Assembly (NCBI GenBank): GCA_965223415.1
Contig: OZ245002.1
Coordinates: forward strand, 3,680,001 to 3,744,000
Length of the DNA stretch: 64,000 bases
Direction of reading: 5' to 3'
Origin: Myxococcota bacterium
Lineage (GTDB): Bacteria; Myxococcota_A; UBA9160; UBA6930
The stretch's first letter is position 1. Each line of letters starts with the position of its first letter. Of this stretch, positions 37,303 to 45,376 are shown piece after piece. The notes below the pieces were generated by a model that made no database searches, was not told the origin of the DNA, and worked only from the letters and a program-made list of their open reading frames with translations. Made by a program: the position numbers and the translations under genes.

Positions 37303-37649
37303 GCGCCGCCGCTTTCGGGCCCCGGGCCGCCCATGCCGGGCAGCGCGAAGCCGGCCAGGCCGGCGGCCTTCTGCATCTCCTCCTGCACCATGCGTTGGGC
37401 CGCGGCCAGTGCGGCATTGACCGCGGCGGTGACCAGGTCCTGCAGCATCTCGCGGTCGCCGCTGGCCGCGAGCTCCGGCTCGATCTTCACTTCCTGGACG
37501 CGCAGATCGCCGCTGACCACCGCGGTGACCATGCCGCCGCCGGCCTGGGCGGAGACCGTGCGCCGCGCCAGCTCCTGCTGGAGGTTCGCCAGCTTGCTCT
37601 GCATCTCCTGCGCCTTGGCGAGGAGATCGCCCAGGTTGCCTTGACTCAC
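37299..37649 (-). CDS. ybaB: YbaB/EbfC nucleoid-associated protein
   Basis: AGGGMV, D.EMLQDLV.AAVN.A motifs; GTG 37649; lies between dnaX and recR. Confidence 0.93.
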   Translation of the reverse strand: MSQGNLGDLLAKAQEMQSKLANLQQELARRTVSAQAGGGMVTAVVSGDLRVQEVKIEPELAASGDREMLQDLVTAAVNAALAAAQRMVQEEMQKAAGLAGFALPGMGGPGPESGGA

Positions 37650-39460
37650 CGGGCCTCCGTGGGTGCGCCGATGCCGGTCGGCTTGATCTCGAGGATCTCC
37701 GCCTCGAGGATGTCGAGGACGTCGTTCACCGCCGGATGGTTGAGGGCTTCCTGGCGTTGGCGGCGACCGTCGGCGGTCTGCTCCGGGTCCGGGCTCGCCG
37801 GGCCGTTGCCCCCGGCGCCGTTCCCGCCCGAGGTGACGAGCTCCACCTGCACCGGCTCGCCGAAGAAGCGCTCGCACACCGCGGCGAGCTCGGCGACGCG
37901 TCCCTGGAGGCGCCGCGCGGCGATGCCCGAGGGCAGCTCGATGCGCAGCCGCTCGGCACTTCGCTCCAGCAGGCGCCCGCCCTCGAGCGCGGCGAACAGG
38001 CCGCGGTTCTCCTCCTGGGCGAAGGAGCGAAGCCGATCGAAGACGAGGGGGAGCGGTGCGTTGGCCTCGTCTGGCGGAGAGGCGGACGCGGTGGTCGGGG
38101 AGTGCGTCGGCTCGGCCTCGGCCGGAGGCACCGGCGCGGACTCGGCCGGAGGCGTCGGTGCGGGCGGCGGCTCGGCCTCGCGCGGCGGCACCGGCGACGC
38201 CTCGGCCGAGGGAGCCGCGCGCCGGCTGCCGTTCGCGCCAGCGCGTCCCCGCGAGGCGCCGCCGCTGCGAGCGCCTCCACCGGCTGCGCCTCCGCCGGAG
38301 CCACCACTTCCGCCGCCGCGTAGCTGTCGCTCCAGGGCGTCGATGCGCGCCAGCAGCTGCTCGACCTGGTCGCCGGAAGGCAGACCCGCGAGGCGGATCA
38401 GCGCCACCTCCAGCACCGCGAAGGGGTCCGGCGCCCAGGCGAGATCCTCCTGCTCCTTCAAGAGCGCCCGGAACATGCGGCGAAGGCGGGCCTCCTCCGT
38501 CTTCCCGGCGAGCTCGGCCAGGGCCGCGACCTCGGCGTCGGCGCCTTCGACGATGCCGGCCTCCGGCGCGACGCGCAGCACCACGAGATCCCGCAGCAGC
38601 CCGAGCAGCTCGCCGCCCAGGCGCTTGGCATCGACGCCCGCCTCCCAGGCGTGCCGGCAGGCGGCCAGCGCCGCCGCGGCGTCGCCCTCGATGCAGCCGG
38701 TGACGATCGCCAGCAGCACGCTGCGGTCGATCAGGTCGAGGACTTCCGCCACCCGGGCGTCGTCCACCTTCTCACCGCCGAAGGCGATCAGCTGGTCGAG
38801 CAGGGTCAGCGAGTCCCGCATCGAGCCGTCGCCGGCGCGGGCGACGGCGAGCAGGCTCGTCTCCGAGATCGTGAGGCCTTCGGCCTTCGCGATCTCGCCC
38901 AGGTTCTCCGCGACCTCCGCGGTGGCGATGCGCCGCAGGTCGTAGCGCTGGCAGCGGGACACGACGGTGAACGGGATCTTCTCCGGGTTCGTCGTGCAGA
39001 AGATGAACAGGCTCTGGGGCGGCGGCTCCTCGAGGGTCTTCAGCAGGGCGTTGAAGGCCGGCGTCGAGAGCATGTGGACCTCGTCCACGATGAAGATGCG
39101 GTGCTTGCCCGGCGCCGCCGCGTAGCGGATCGACTCGATGATCTCGCGCACGTCGTCGACGCTGGTCCGGCTCGCCGCGTCGATCTCCTGCACGTCCACC
39201 GACGTGCCGGCCTGGATCTCCCGGCACGAGGGATCGTCCGGGTCCGGGGCGTCCGTCGGCCCCTGCTCTGCGTTGAGGCAGCAGGCGAAGATGCGCGCCA
39301 GCGTCGTCTTGCCCGTACCCCGCGGCCCGGTCAGCAGGATCGCGTGGGGAATGCGCCCGGAGCGGACGGCGTTGCGCAGGGGCGTCGTGACGTGGTCCTG
39401 GCCGGTGACCTCGTCGAAGCCCTGGGGCCGATACTTCCGGGCGAGGACCTGGTAGGACAC
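37646..39460 (-). CDS. dnaX: DNA polymerase III subunit gamma/tau
   Basis: YQVLARKYRP, GPRGTGKT, DEVHML, SRC, GSMRD motifs. Confidence 0.97.
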   Translation of the reverse strand: MSYQVLARKYRPQGFDEVTGQDHVTTPLRNAVRSGRIPHAILLTGPRGTGKTTLARIFACCLNAEQGPTDAPDPDDPSCREIQAGTSVDVQEIDAASRTSVDDVREIIESIRYAAAPGKHRIFIVDEVHMLSTPAFNALLKTLEEPPPQSLFIFCTTNPEKIPFTVVSRCQRYDLRRIATAEVAENLGEIAKAEGLTISETSLLAVARAGDGSMRDSLTLLDQLIAFGGEKVDDARVAEVLDLIDRSVLLAIVTGCIEGDAAAALAACRHAWEAGVDAKRLGGELLGLLRDLVVLRVAPEAGIVEGADAEVAALAELAGKTEEARLRRMFRALLKEQEDLAWAPDPFAVLEVALIRLAGLPSGDQVEQLLARIDALERQLRGGGSGGSGGGAAGGGARSGGASRGRAGANGSRRAAPSAEASPVPPREAEPPPAPTPPAESAPVPPAEAEPTHSPTTASASPPDEANAPLPLVFDRLRSFAQEENRGLFAALEGGRLLERSAERLRIELPSGIAARRLQGRVAELAAVCERFFGEPVQVELVTSGGNGAGGNGPASPDPEQTADGRRQRQEALNHPAVNDVLDILEAEILEIKPTGIGAPTEAR

Positions 39461-39563
39461 GTGTGGGGGGCGCCTCCGCCTGCATGACGCTCATCTCGGA
39501 GGCCGCGCCGCAAGTGCCGCCCGCTCGGGGGCGGCGCGCGCAGCGAGGCGAAGCCGAGCGTAG

Positions 39564-39699
39564 CTCCGTGGAGAGGGAAGATCGCAGGGCACCCCCAACC
39601 GCAGCCGGAACCCTGCTGCCGCTGCTTCCTTCCGGACCTGACGGGGTTCACAAGGCTCCGAGCTCGGCCGGGACCCTGCGATCCTCCCTCCCCACGGAG
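39564..39699 (-). ncRNA. ffs: Signal recognition particle RNA (small bacterial type, long closing stem)
   Basis: GTCAGGTCCGGAAGGAAGCAGC domain IV motif within one long hairpin; canonical position upstream of dnaX. Confidence 0.93.
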
Positions 39700-39734
39700 G
39701 CGTGCAAGGGTAGCGGGGGGTAGGGTCCCGCCCC

Positions 39735-40457
39735 ATGGCCCTGCCGGACCGCCTCCTCGCCGCAGAACAGCGTCTCATTCGCGACCTGGCACCCCTCCGC
39801 TTCCGGGCGCCGGTGACCCACGTCTACAACCCCCTCGTCTACGCGGCCCGTCCCCACCGCCTCTACCTGCGGCGCTTCGCCGCCACCCCGAAGCGGGTGG
39901 TCTATCTCGGCATGAACCCCGGTCCCTACGGGATGGCCCAGACCGGCGTCCCGTTCGGCGAGGTGGCGCGGGTGAGGGACTGGCTGGGGATCGAGGGGAA
40001 GGTCGACCGGCCGCCGGACGAGCACCCGAAGCGCCCGGTCCAGGGCTTCGCCTGCCCGCGTAGCGAGGTGAGCGGGGCGCGGCTGTGGGGCGCCATCGCC
40101 GAGCGCCACCCCACACCCGAGCGCTTCTTCCGGCGCGCCTTCATCGCCAACTACTGCCCCCTCGTCTTCATGGAGGCCAGCGGCCGCAACCGCACCCCGG
40201 ACAAGCTGCCGCCGCCCGAGCGCGAGGCCCTCTACCAAGCCTGCAACCGCCACCTGCGCCGCACCGTCGAGCTACTCGAGCCCCAGTGGCTCGTCGGCGT
40301 CGGCAAGTTCGCTGAGGCCCGCGCCCGGGAGGCCCTCTCCGACCTCCCCGACCTGAAGATCGCCAGCATCCTCCACCCGAGCCCCGCCAGCCCCGCCGCC
40401 AACCAGGGCTGGGCCAGAAAAGCCCGCCGCCAGCTCCAGGACCTGGGAGTCTGTTGA
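39735..40457 (+). CDS. SMUG1-family uracil-DNA glycosylase
   Basis: GMNPGPYGMAQTGVPFG, RSEVSG.R.W, NYCPL, HPSP motifs. Confidence 0.92.
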   Translation: MALPDRLLAAEQRLIRDLAPLRFRAPVTHVYNPLVYAARPHRLYLRRFAATPKRVVYLGMNPGPYGMAQTGVPFGEVARVRDWLGIEGKVDRPPDEHPKRPVQGFACPRSEVSGARLWGAIAERHPTPERFFRRAFIANYCPLVFMEASGRNRTPDKLPPPEREALYQACNRHLRRTVELLEPQWLVGVGKFAEARAREALSDLPDLKIASILHPSPASPAANQGWARKARRQLQDLGVC

Positions 40458-40492
40458 GAAAGGGGCCGGTTCCGTCTGTTAAGTTGTTGGCC

Positions 40493-41011
40493 ATGGACTG
40501 CACCCGCCGCCGATTCCTGGATCTCTCCGCCAAGGGGCTGCTGGTCGCCGGCATCGCGCCTGCCTCGATGCTGCGAGCCGACACCACGGGCGCCCTCGGC
40601 GATGCCCACCGCAAGGCCATGGCCGAGAGCCCGCTCGTCTACGTCTCGCCGCTTCGGAGCGACGGCGCGGAGAGCACCTGCCACGGCGAGGTGTGGTTCG
40701 TCGCGGACGGCGACGACCTGCTCGTCGTGACCGCCGTCGACCGCTGGAAGGCCGTCGCCATCAAGAAGGGCCTCGACCGCGCCCGCCTCTGGATCGGCGA
40801 CCACGGCGTGTGGACCACCTCGGACGGCGCCTTCAAGCGCGCGCCCACCGTCGAAGCCAAGGCCCGCCTCGACGTGGAGGTCCACGCCGCGGCCCTGGAG
40901 AAGTTCGGCGCGAAGTACCCGGCCGAGTGGGGAAAGTGGGGCCCCCGCTTCGAGGAGGGCCTGGGCGACGGCAGCCGGGTGTTGATCCGGTATTCCCCGA
41001 CCGGCGCCTAG
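40493..41011 (+). CDS. Tat-exported protein, PNPOx/split-barrel-like
   Basis: TRRRFL twin-arginine signal; YVSPLRSDG...EVWFV pattern. Confidence 0.65.
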   Translation: MDCTRRRFLDLSAKGLLVAGIAPASMLRADTTGALGDAHRKAMAESPLVYVSPLRSDGAESTCHGEVWFVADGDDLLVVTAVDRWKAVAIKKGLDRARLWIGDHGVWTTSDGAFKRAPTVEAKARLDVEVHAAALEKFGAKYPAEWGKWGPRFEEGLGDGSRVLIRYSPTGA

Positions 41012-41058
41012 AGGAATCGGCCCCCGAGGGCCTGGTTCGCTAGCCTCGACCCCCTCGC

Positions 41059-41150
41059 GGAGAGGTGCCGGAGTCCGGTTGAACGGGCCTGACTCGAAAT
41101 CAGGTGATGGGCTTGCTCATCCGTGGGTTCGAATCCCACCCTCTCCGCCA
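41059..41150 (+). tRNA. tRNA-Ser(CGA)
   Basis: GGAGAGG/CCTCTCC acceptor stem, CCTGA-CT-CGA-AA-TCAGG anticodon arm, long variable arm, GTTCGAATC, GCCA end. Confidence 0.97.
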
Positions 41151-41306
41151 TTCCGGGCACTTACGGGATCGGGGCCTCGACGCGCTCCTGCCCCGCTCGG
41201 CTTTGTGGGGACATTGTGGGCAGGCCGATCAGCCTGTCTTGACTGCGCCATTCCCGGGGGGCAGTGGCCCTCTACCGCAGACTGACCCGAAGGCCGCGAC
41301 CCAAGG

Positions 41307-42515
41307 TGGAGTTGCCCCGCTTCCGTGGGCGGTGAAGTGCTGAAGTCTCAGGTTCCCGTGGAGTGGTGCCTTTCGTACTCGATGGGCGAGGCATAGGCCA
41401 GGCCCGAGTGCCGCCGGTGCGGGTTGTACCAGCCCTCGATGAAGTCGAAGACGGCCATCCGCGCCTCCGCCTGGGCGCGGAAACGTCTCTGGTCGAGCAG
41501 CTCGCACTCGAGCGTCGCGAAGGAGCTCTCGCGCAGGGCGTCGTCGTAGCAGTCCGCCACGGATCCCATCGACGGCCGAGCACCCGCCTCCTGGCACCGA
41601 AGGCCGAACGCGATCGAGGTGTACTGCGTGCCTTGGTCCGAGTGATGGATCACCGCCTTCGGCCTTCGCTGCCAGAGCGCGATGTTCAAGGTGTCAAGCA
41701 CGAGCTCCGTGCGCAGGTGTGTGGCCATGGCCCAGCCGACGACTCTCCCGCTCCACGCATCCTCGGCGACGGCCAGGTAGAGGAACCCCGCCCAGGTCGG
41801 GACATACGTGATGTCGGCGACCCAAAGCCGGTCGGGCCCACCCGCCGAGAAGTCCCGCTCGACCAGATCCGGGGCTGTCGCGCATCGCGACCCCGCTCTG
41901 TGGTCCAGCCTTCCTGCGCAGGCTGGCGCCCTCGAGGCCGGCCCTCCGCATCAGCCGGGCCACGCGCTTGCGGCCCACCCGCGTCCCCCTCGCCGCGAGC
42001 TCGGCGTGGACCAGGGGAACGCCATAGGTCCCACGGGATCGCCCGTGGATCGCCTCGATCTCCCCTTGGAGCGCGGCGTCGGACCGCGATCGCGCCGAGG
42101 GCTCGCGGCTCCGCCAGGCGTAGTACCCGCTGGGGGAGACCTCCAGCATCAGGCGCATCGTCGGAACGGCGTACTGCGGCCTGGTGCTCACTCACGAACT
42201 CGACCGCCCGCGGGGCGTCGAACCCGTCTCCTCGGCGAACCAGGCCGCGGCTTTCTTCAGGATCTCCTTCTCCTCGCGGAGCACCCAGTTCTCCCGCCGC
42301 AGCTCCTCCCGCTGGTCCGTCGTCAGGCCATCCGTGCGAACGCCTTCATCCCGCTCGGCCTGGCGCACCCAGTTCGAGATCGACTGCGCCGAGGGCTCGA
42401 ACTCCCGACTCAGGGACTCGGGTGTACGGCCGGCTCGAACCAGCTCGACCATCCGCCGTCGGAACTCCGGCGGATACCGGGGGGCGGGGCATTCCCATCG
42501 TGGACTCTCCTCTCC
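41307..42515 (-). mobile_element. Decayed IS3-family insertion sequence
   Basis: OrfA YPPEFRRRMVELVRAGR..EILKKAAAWFA; OrfB split across frames (SRGTYG..KRVARLMR; HHSDQGTQYTS..ESSFATLECE..WYNPHRRHSGL); right IR TGGAGTTGCCCCGC at 41307; left IR not found. Confidence 0.9.
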
Positions 42516-42526
42516 CTCCTCGCCGC

Positions 42527-42544
42527 GTGTGAACTGGTTCACAC
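42527..42544. promoter_or_regulatory. CRP/FNR-family-like operator palindrome
   Basis: GTGTGAAC-TG-GTTCACAC contains an exact TGTGA-N6-TCACA, ~78 nt upstream of the caspase ATG. Confidence 0.6.
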
Positions 42545-42621
42545 CTCCTGTATTCGGACGGGTGTACCTAGGGACTGAACCCAGTTGCGATGTGGAGTCA
42601 ACCGCATTCGGAGGAATCGCG

Positions 42622-43482
42622 ATGACCGAGCAAAGGGCGAAGGGACTCTCCCTCAACATCGGCCTCAACGAAGTAGACCCCAACCACTACGGCGGGTGGT
42701 CGGGACCGCTGAACGCGTGCGAAGCGGATGCCGAAGACATGACCGACCTCGCTGCGTCCCAAGGATTCGAGACGACAACGATCCTGACCGCCGCAGCAAC
42801 GCGTTCTGCAGTGATCAATGGAATCGAAAACGCGGCATCGGCGTGCGAGAAAGGCGACATCTTCTTCCTCTCGTACTCGGGCCATGGCGGACAGGTCCCG
42901 GACTTTGGCGACGACGACGAGGAAGACAACCAGGACGAGACCTGGTGTCTCTTCGACGGCCAGCTGATCGACGACGAGCTGTTCGAGCTGTGGGCACAGT
43001 TCGCTCCCGGCGTTCGAGTGCTCGTCCTCTCGGACAGCTGCCACAGTGGTTCGGTGATCAAGGTGGCGCGAGACGGCACGCAGTCCATCCAGAACGTGAG
43101 CGATCCCCTGCCGGTGGGCACGGAGGCGATTCCGTATCGGGTTATGCCTCCCGACAAGGCAAGGCAGACGGTCCGGCAGAACCGCGAGTTCTATCGCGAC
43201 ATCGCGGGAAAACTCCCCGACCAGCCCTCCCCGATCCAGGCGACGGTCCGGTTGATCTCTGGCTGCCAGGACAATCAATTAAGCCTCGACGGCACGTTCA
43301 ACGGGCTGTTCACGGGGACGCTGCTCAAGGTCTGGAACGACGGCGCGTTCAGGCGCAACTACGCGCGTTTCCATGCATCGATCCTGTCGCGAATGCCGTC
43401 CGACCAGTCTCCGAACCACATGGTGATCGGCGCGCCGAATCCCGACTACGATGAGCAGAAGCCGTTCACGATCAACCCGTAG
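42622..43482 (+). CDS. Caspase-family (peptidase C14, metacaspase-like) cysteine protease
   Basis: SYSGHGGQV and SDSCHSG His/Cys dyad; DETW, LIDDEL, ISGCQDNQ; GGAGGA RBS before ATG 42622; no signal peptide. Confidence 0.93.
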   Translation: MTEQRAKGLSLNIGLNEVDPNHYGGWSGPLNACEADAEDMTDLAASQGFETTTILTAAATRSAVINGIENAASACEKGDIFFLSYSGHGGQVPDFGDDDEEDNQDETWCLFDGQLIDDELFELWAQFAPGVRVLVLSDSCHSGSVIKVARDGTQSIQNVSDPLPVGTEAIPYRVMPPDKARQTVRQNREFYRDIAGKLPDQPSPIQATVRLISGCQDNQLSLDGTFNGLFTGTLLKVWNDGAFRRNYARFHASILSRMPSDQSPNHMVIGAPNPDYDEQKPFTINP

Positions 43483-44692
43483 GATCAAACCCCTCAGGTC
43501 GAAGCCGTGGGCGTTCCTCGCCTACATCGGGGGTGACAACGACCTGAGCGACTACGGGCTACGCGATCTTGAAGAGCTGTGCAGGGAGGGGGCCGCTCCC
43601 TCCCTGCACGTGGGCGTGGAGATCGATACCCACGGTGAGCACGAGGGCTCGGTGAGGTATCAGATCACCCAGCCAGACGAGACCGGCGAGAGCTTCCGGA
43701 TGGTGGTCGAGCGACTTCGAGAGCGCGACAGCGGGAGCCCCAAGACCCTTGAGGACTTCCTCCGCTGGGGCTGCGGCCGATTCACCGCCGACGAGTACAT
43801 CATCGTGATCGGCGGCCACGGGACCGGCTTTCGGCGTCGCTCCCGCAACGTGGGCTTCGACGATTTCGGCTCGTCACTCGACATGCCCGACATCCGCAAG
43901 GTCCTTCAGCGCTGTGGATTCAAAGGGGGCTCGCCCCTCTCCATTCTCGCCTTCGACGCCTGCCTGATGAACATGCTTGAGATCGTTCATCACTTCCGCG
44001 GCCACGTCCGGTACATCGTCGGCTCGCAACAAACGGAGCCGGCAGATGGCTGGCCCTACGATCGGGTGCTGGCAGGAATCAAGGCAGTGCCCAAGGGGAA
44101 GGGCGGCGCGAGAAGAATCGCAAGGCGGCTCGTTCAGGAGTACAGGGACTTCTACGAAGATGTTCTCGTCCAGAACATCACGCAGTCGTCGATTGAGCTC
44201 TCCAAGACAGAAGCCGCAGTCCAGGCGTTGAGCGGGCTCGGCAACACCCTCAGAAGAGAGATCGGTGCCATCTACCGTGAGCTCCGCGAGGTTCGCGGCC
44301 GGGTTCAGTCCTTCGAAATGAGCGACTACGTTGACCTGGTGCATTTCGCCGAAGAGCTCGCGAATCACGCACTCAATCGATCCAACCAAGTGGGCGTGCG
44401 TCCGAACCGCGGGTTCTGGGAGAGGGTCATGGACGACTCGGAGAAGGTGATCGAGACGACCAACGACGCGATCGTGAGTTTCGAATCCCGGGGACCCAAG
44501 CTCGGAAACGCCAACGGGCTGTCCGTCTGGTTCCCACCGTACGAGAGCCTCTACTACAACAACCGCGCACGGTACATCGAACTCGATTGCAACGGGCGTC
44601 AGCGCACAAAGGGCTGGCTCAACTTCCTGGATGCCTACTTCGCGACGCGTCAAGAGCTGGCGATGGCTCGGCGAGCCGGGCAGGACTCCTAG
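43451..44692 (+). CDS. Clostripain-family (peptidase C11) cysteine protease
   Basis: W...AYIGGDNDL, GGHGTG, FDACLM..LE, SQQTEP..GWPY, GLSVWFP; no signal peptide. Confidence 0.9.
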   Translation: MSRSRSRSTRRIKPLRSKPWAFLAYIGGDNDLSDYGLRDLEELCREGAAPSLHVGVEIDTHGEHEGSVRYQITQPDETGESFRMVVERLRERDSGSPKTLEDFLRWGCGRFTADEYIIVIGGHGTGFRRRSRNVGFDDFGSSLDMPDIRKVLQRCGFKGGSPLSILAFDACLMNMLEIVHHFRGHVRYIVGSQQTEPADGWPYDRVLAGIKAVPKGKGGARRIARRLVQEYRDFYEDVLVQNITQSSIELSKTEAAVQALSGLGNTLRREIGAIYRELREVRGRVQSFEMSDYVDLVHFAEELANHALNRSNQVGVRPNRGFWERVMDDSEKVIETTNDAIVSFESRGPKLGNANGLSVWFPPYESLYYNNRARYIELDCNGRQRTKGWLNFLDAYFATRQELAMARRAGQDS

Positions 44693-44693
44693 C

Positions 44694-44846
44694 ATGCAAC
44701 CAATCGAGCACGTGGTTTTCCGGATGCTTGAGAACCGTTCGTTCGACCAGATGCTGGGTTGTCTACAGAGCGTTCGGTCCAAGATCGATGGCGCTGTGGG
44801 GCAGAGAAGTGATTTCCGGCCTCGTCGGGGTGACTTCTCCCGTTGA
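44694..44846 (+). pseudogene. 5' fragment of a phospholipase C/phosphoesterase family gene
   Basis: MQPIEHVVFRMLENRSFDQMLG matches the IEHVV..M.ENRSFDH..G family start; stops after 50 codons at the islet edge. Confidence 0.75.
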
Positions 44847-44887
44847 CAGGCCTCCCTCTTCGCCATTTTCTCATGTAGGTTCCGGGC

Positions 44888-45376
44888 ATGACCACCATGC
44901 GCAAGTCCCTCGCTCTCTTCCTCGGCCTCGCGGCCCTGAGCGCCGCACCCGCCACCGCGAGCTCCTTCCTCGGATCGGTGCAGGGCAACGTGAACCAGAC
45001 CCACGACCTGCTCGGCTTCTCGAGCATCCAGGACGTGACGGGCCTGGTGCTGCTGGGTGTCTTCGACAGCAGCCAGCAGGACGCGGGCTTCTCCTTCCCG
45101 GCCGGAACGCGGCTCGGCGACCTGACCGGCAGCTTCGCCTTCCAGGGCGGAACGCCGCTCTACTTCACGGTCAAGGCGTCCAACGTGACGGGCCTCTACG
45201 GCTTCATGTCCGTGGGCGGCAACGGCTTCGACACCACCCAGTTCACGCCCGGCCGCGGCCTGTCGGCGATCCGTGTCTGGGGACGCCCGAACCCCGGGAT
45301 CCCCGAGCCGGCCGCCGCGGTGGTCTTCAGCCTCGGCGCCGTCCTCGTGGCGCGTCGGGCCCGCCGGAGCCGCTAG
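44888..45376 (+). CDS. PEP-CTERM sorting-domain secreted protein
   Basis: Signal peptide; C-terminal IPEP, TM helix, RRARRSR. Confidence 0.88.
   Translation: MTTMRKSLALFLGLAALSAAPATASSFLGSVQGNVNQTHDLLGFSSIQDVTGLVLLGVFDSSQQDAGFSFPAGTRLGDLTGSFAFQGGTPLYFTVKASNVTGLYGFMSVGGNGFDTTQFTPGRGLSAIRVWGRPNPGIPEPAAAVVFSLGAVLVARRARRSR

Larger units (their letters stand above)
41136..44867. mobile_element. Degenerate genomic islet integrated at the tRNA-Ser 3' end
   Basis: CCACCCTCTCCGCCATT (41136-41152) recurs as CCTCCCTCTTCGCCATT (44851-44867); interior visibly less GC-rich, contains IS debris and a truncated gene; no integrase seen. Confidence 0.6.

Noticed and set aside
37646..38400. Programmed frameshift producing a DnaX gamma subunit
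   Set aside because: No A-rich slippery heptamer or poly-A run is visible; the region is just a Gly/Pro/Ala-rich linker
42184..42621. N-terminal extension of the caspase ORF (432-aa version)
   Set aside because: It is the antisense of IS3 OrfA; a strong GGAGGA RBS supports ATG 42622
44843..44881. TTGACA -35 box for the PEP-CTERM gene
   Set aside because: No convincing -10 hexamer at 16-18 bp spacing
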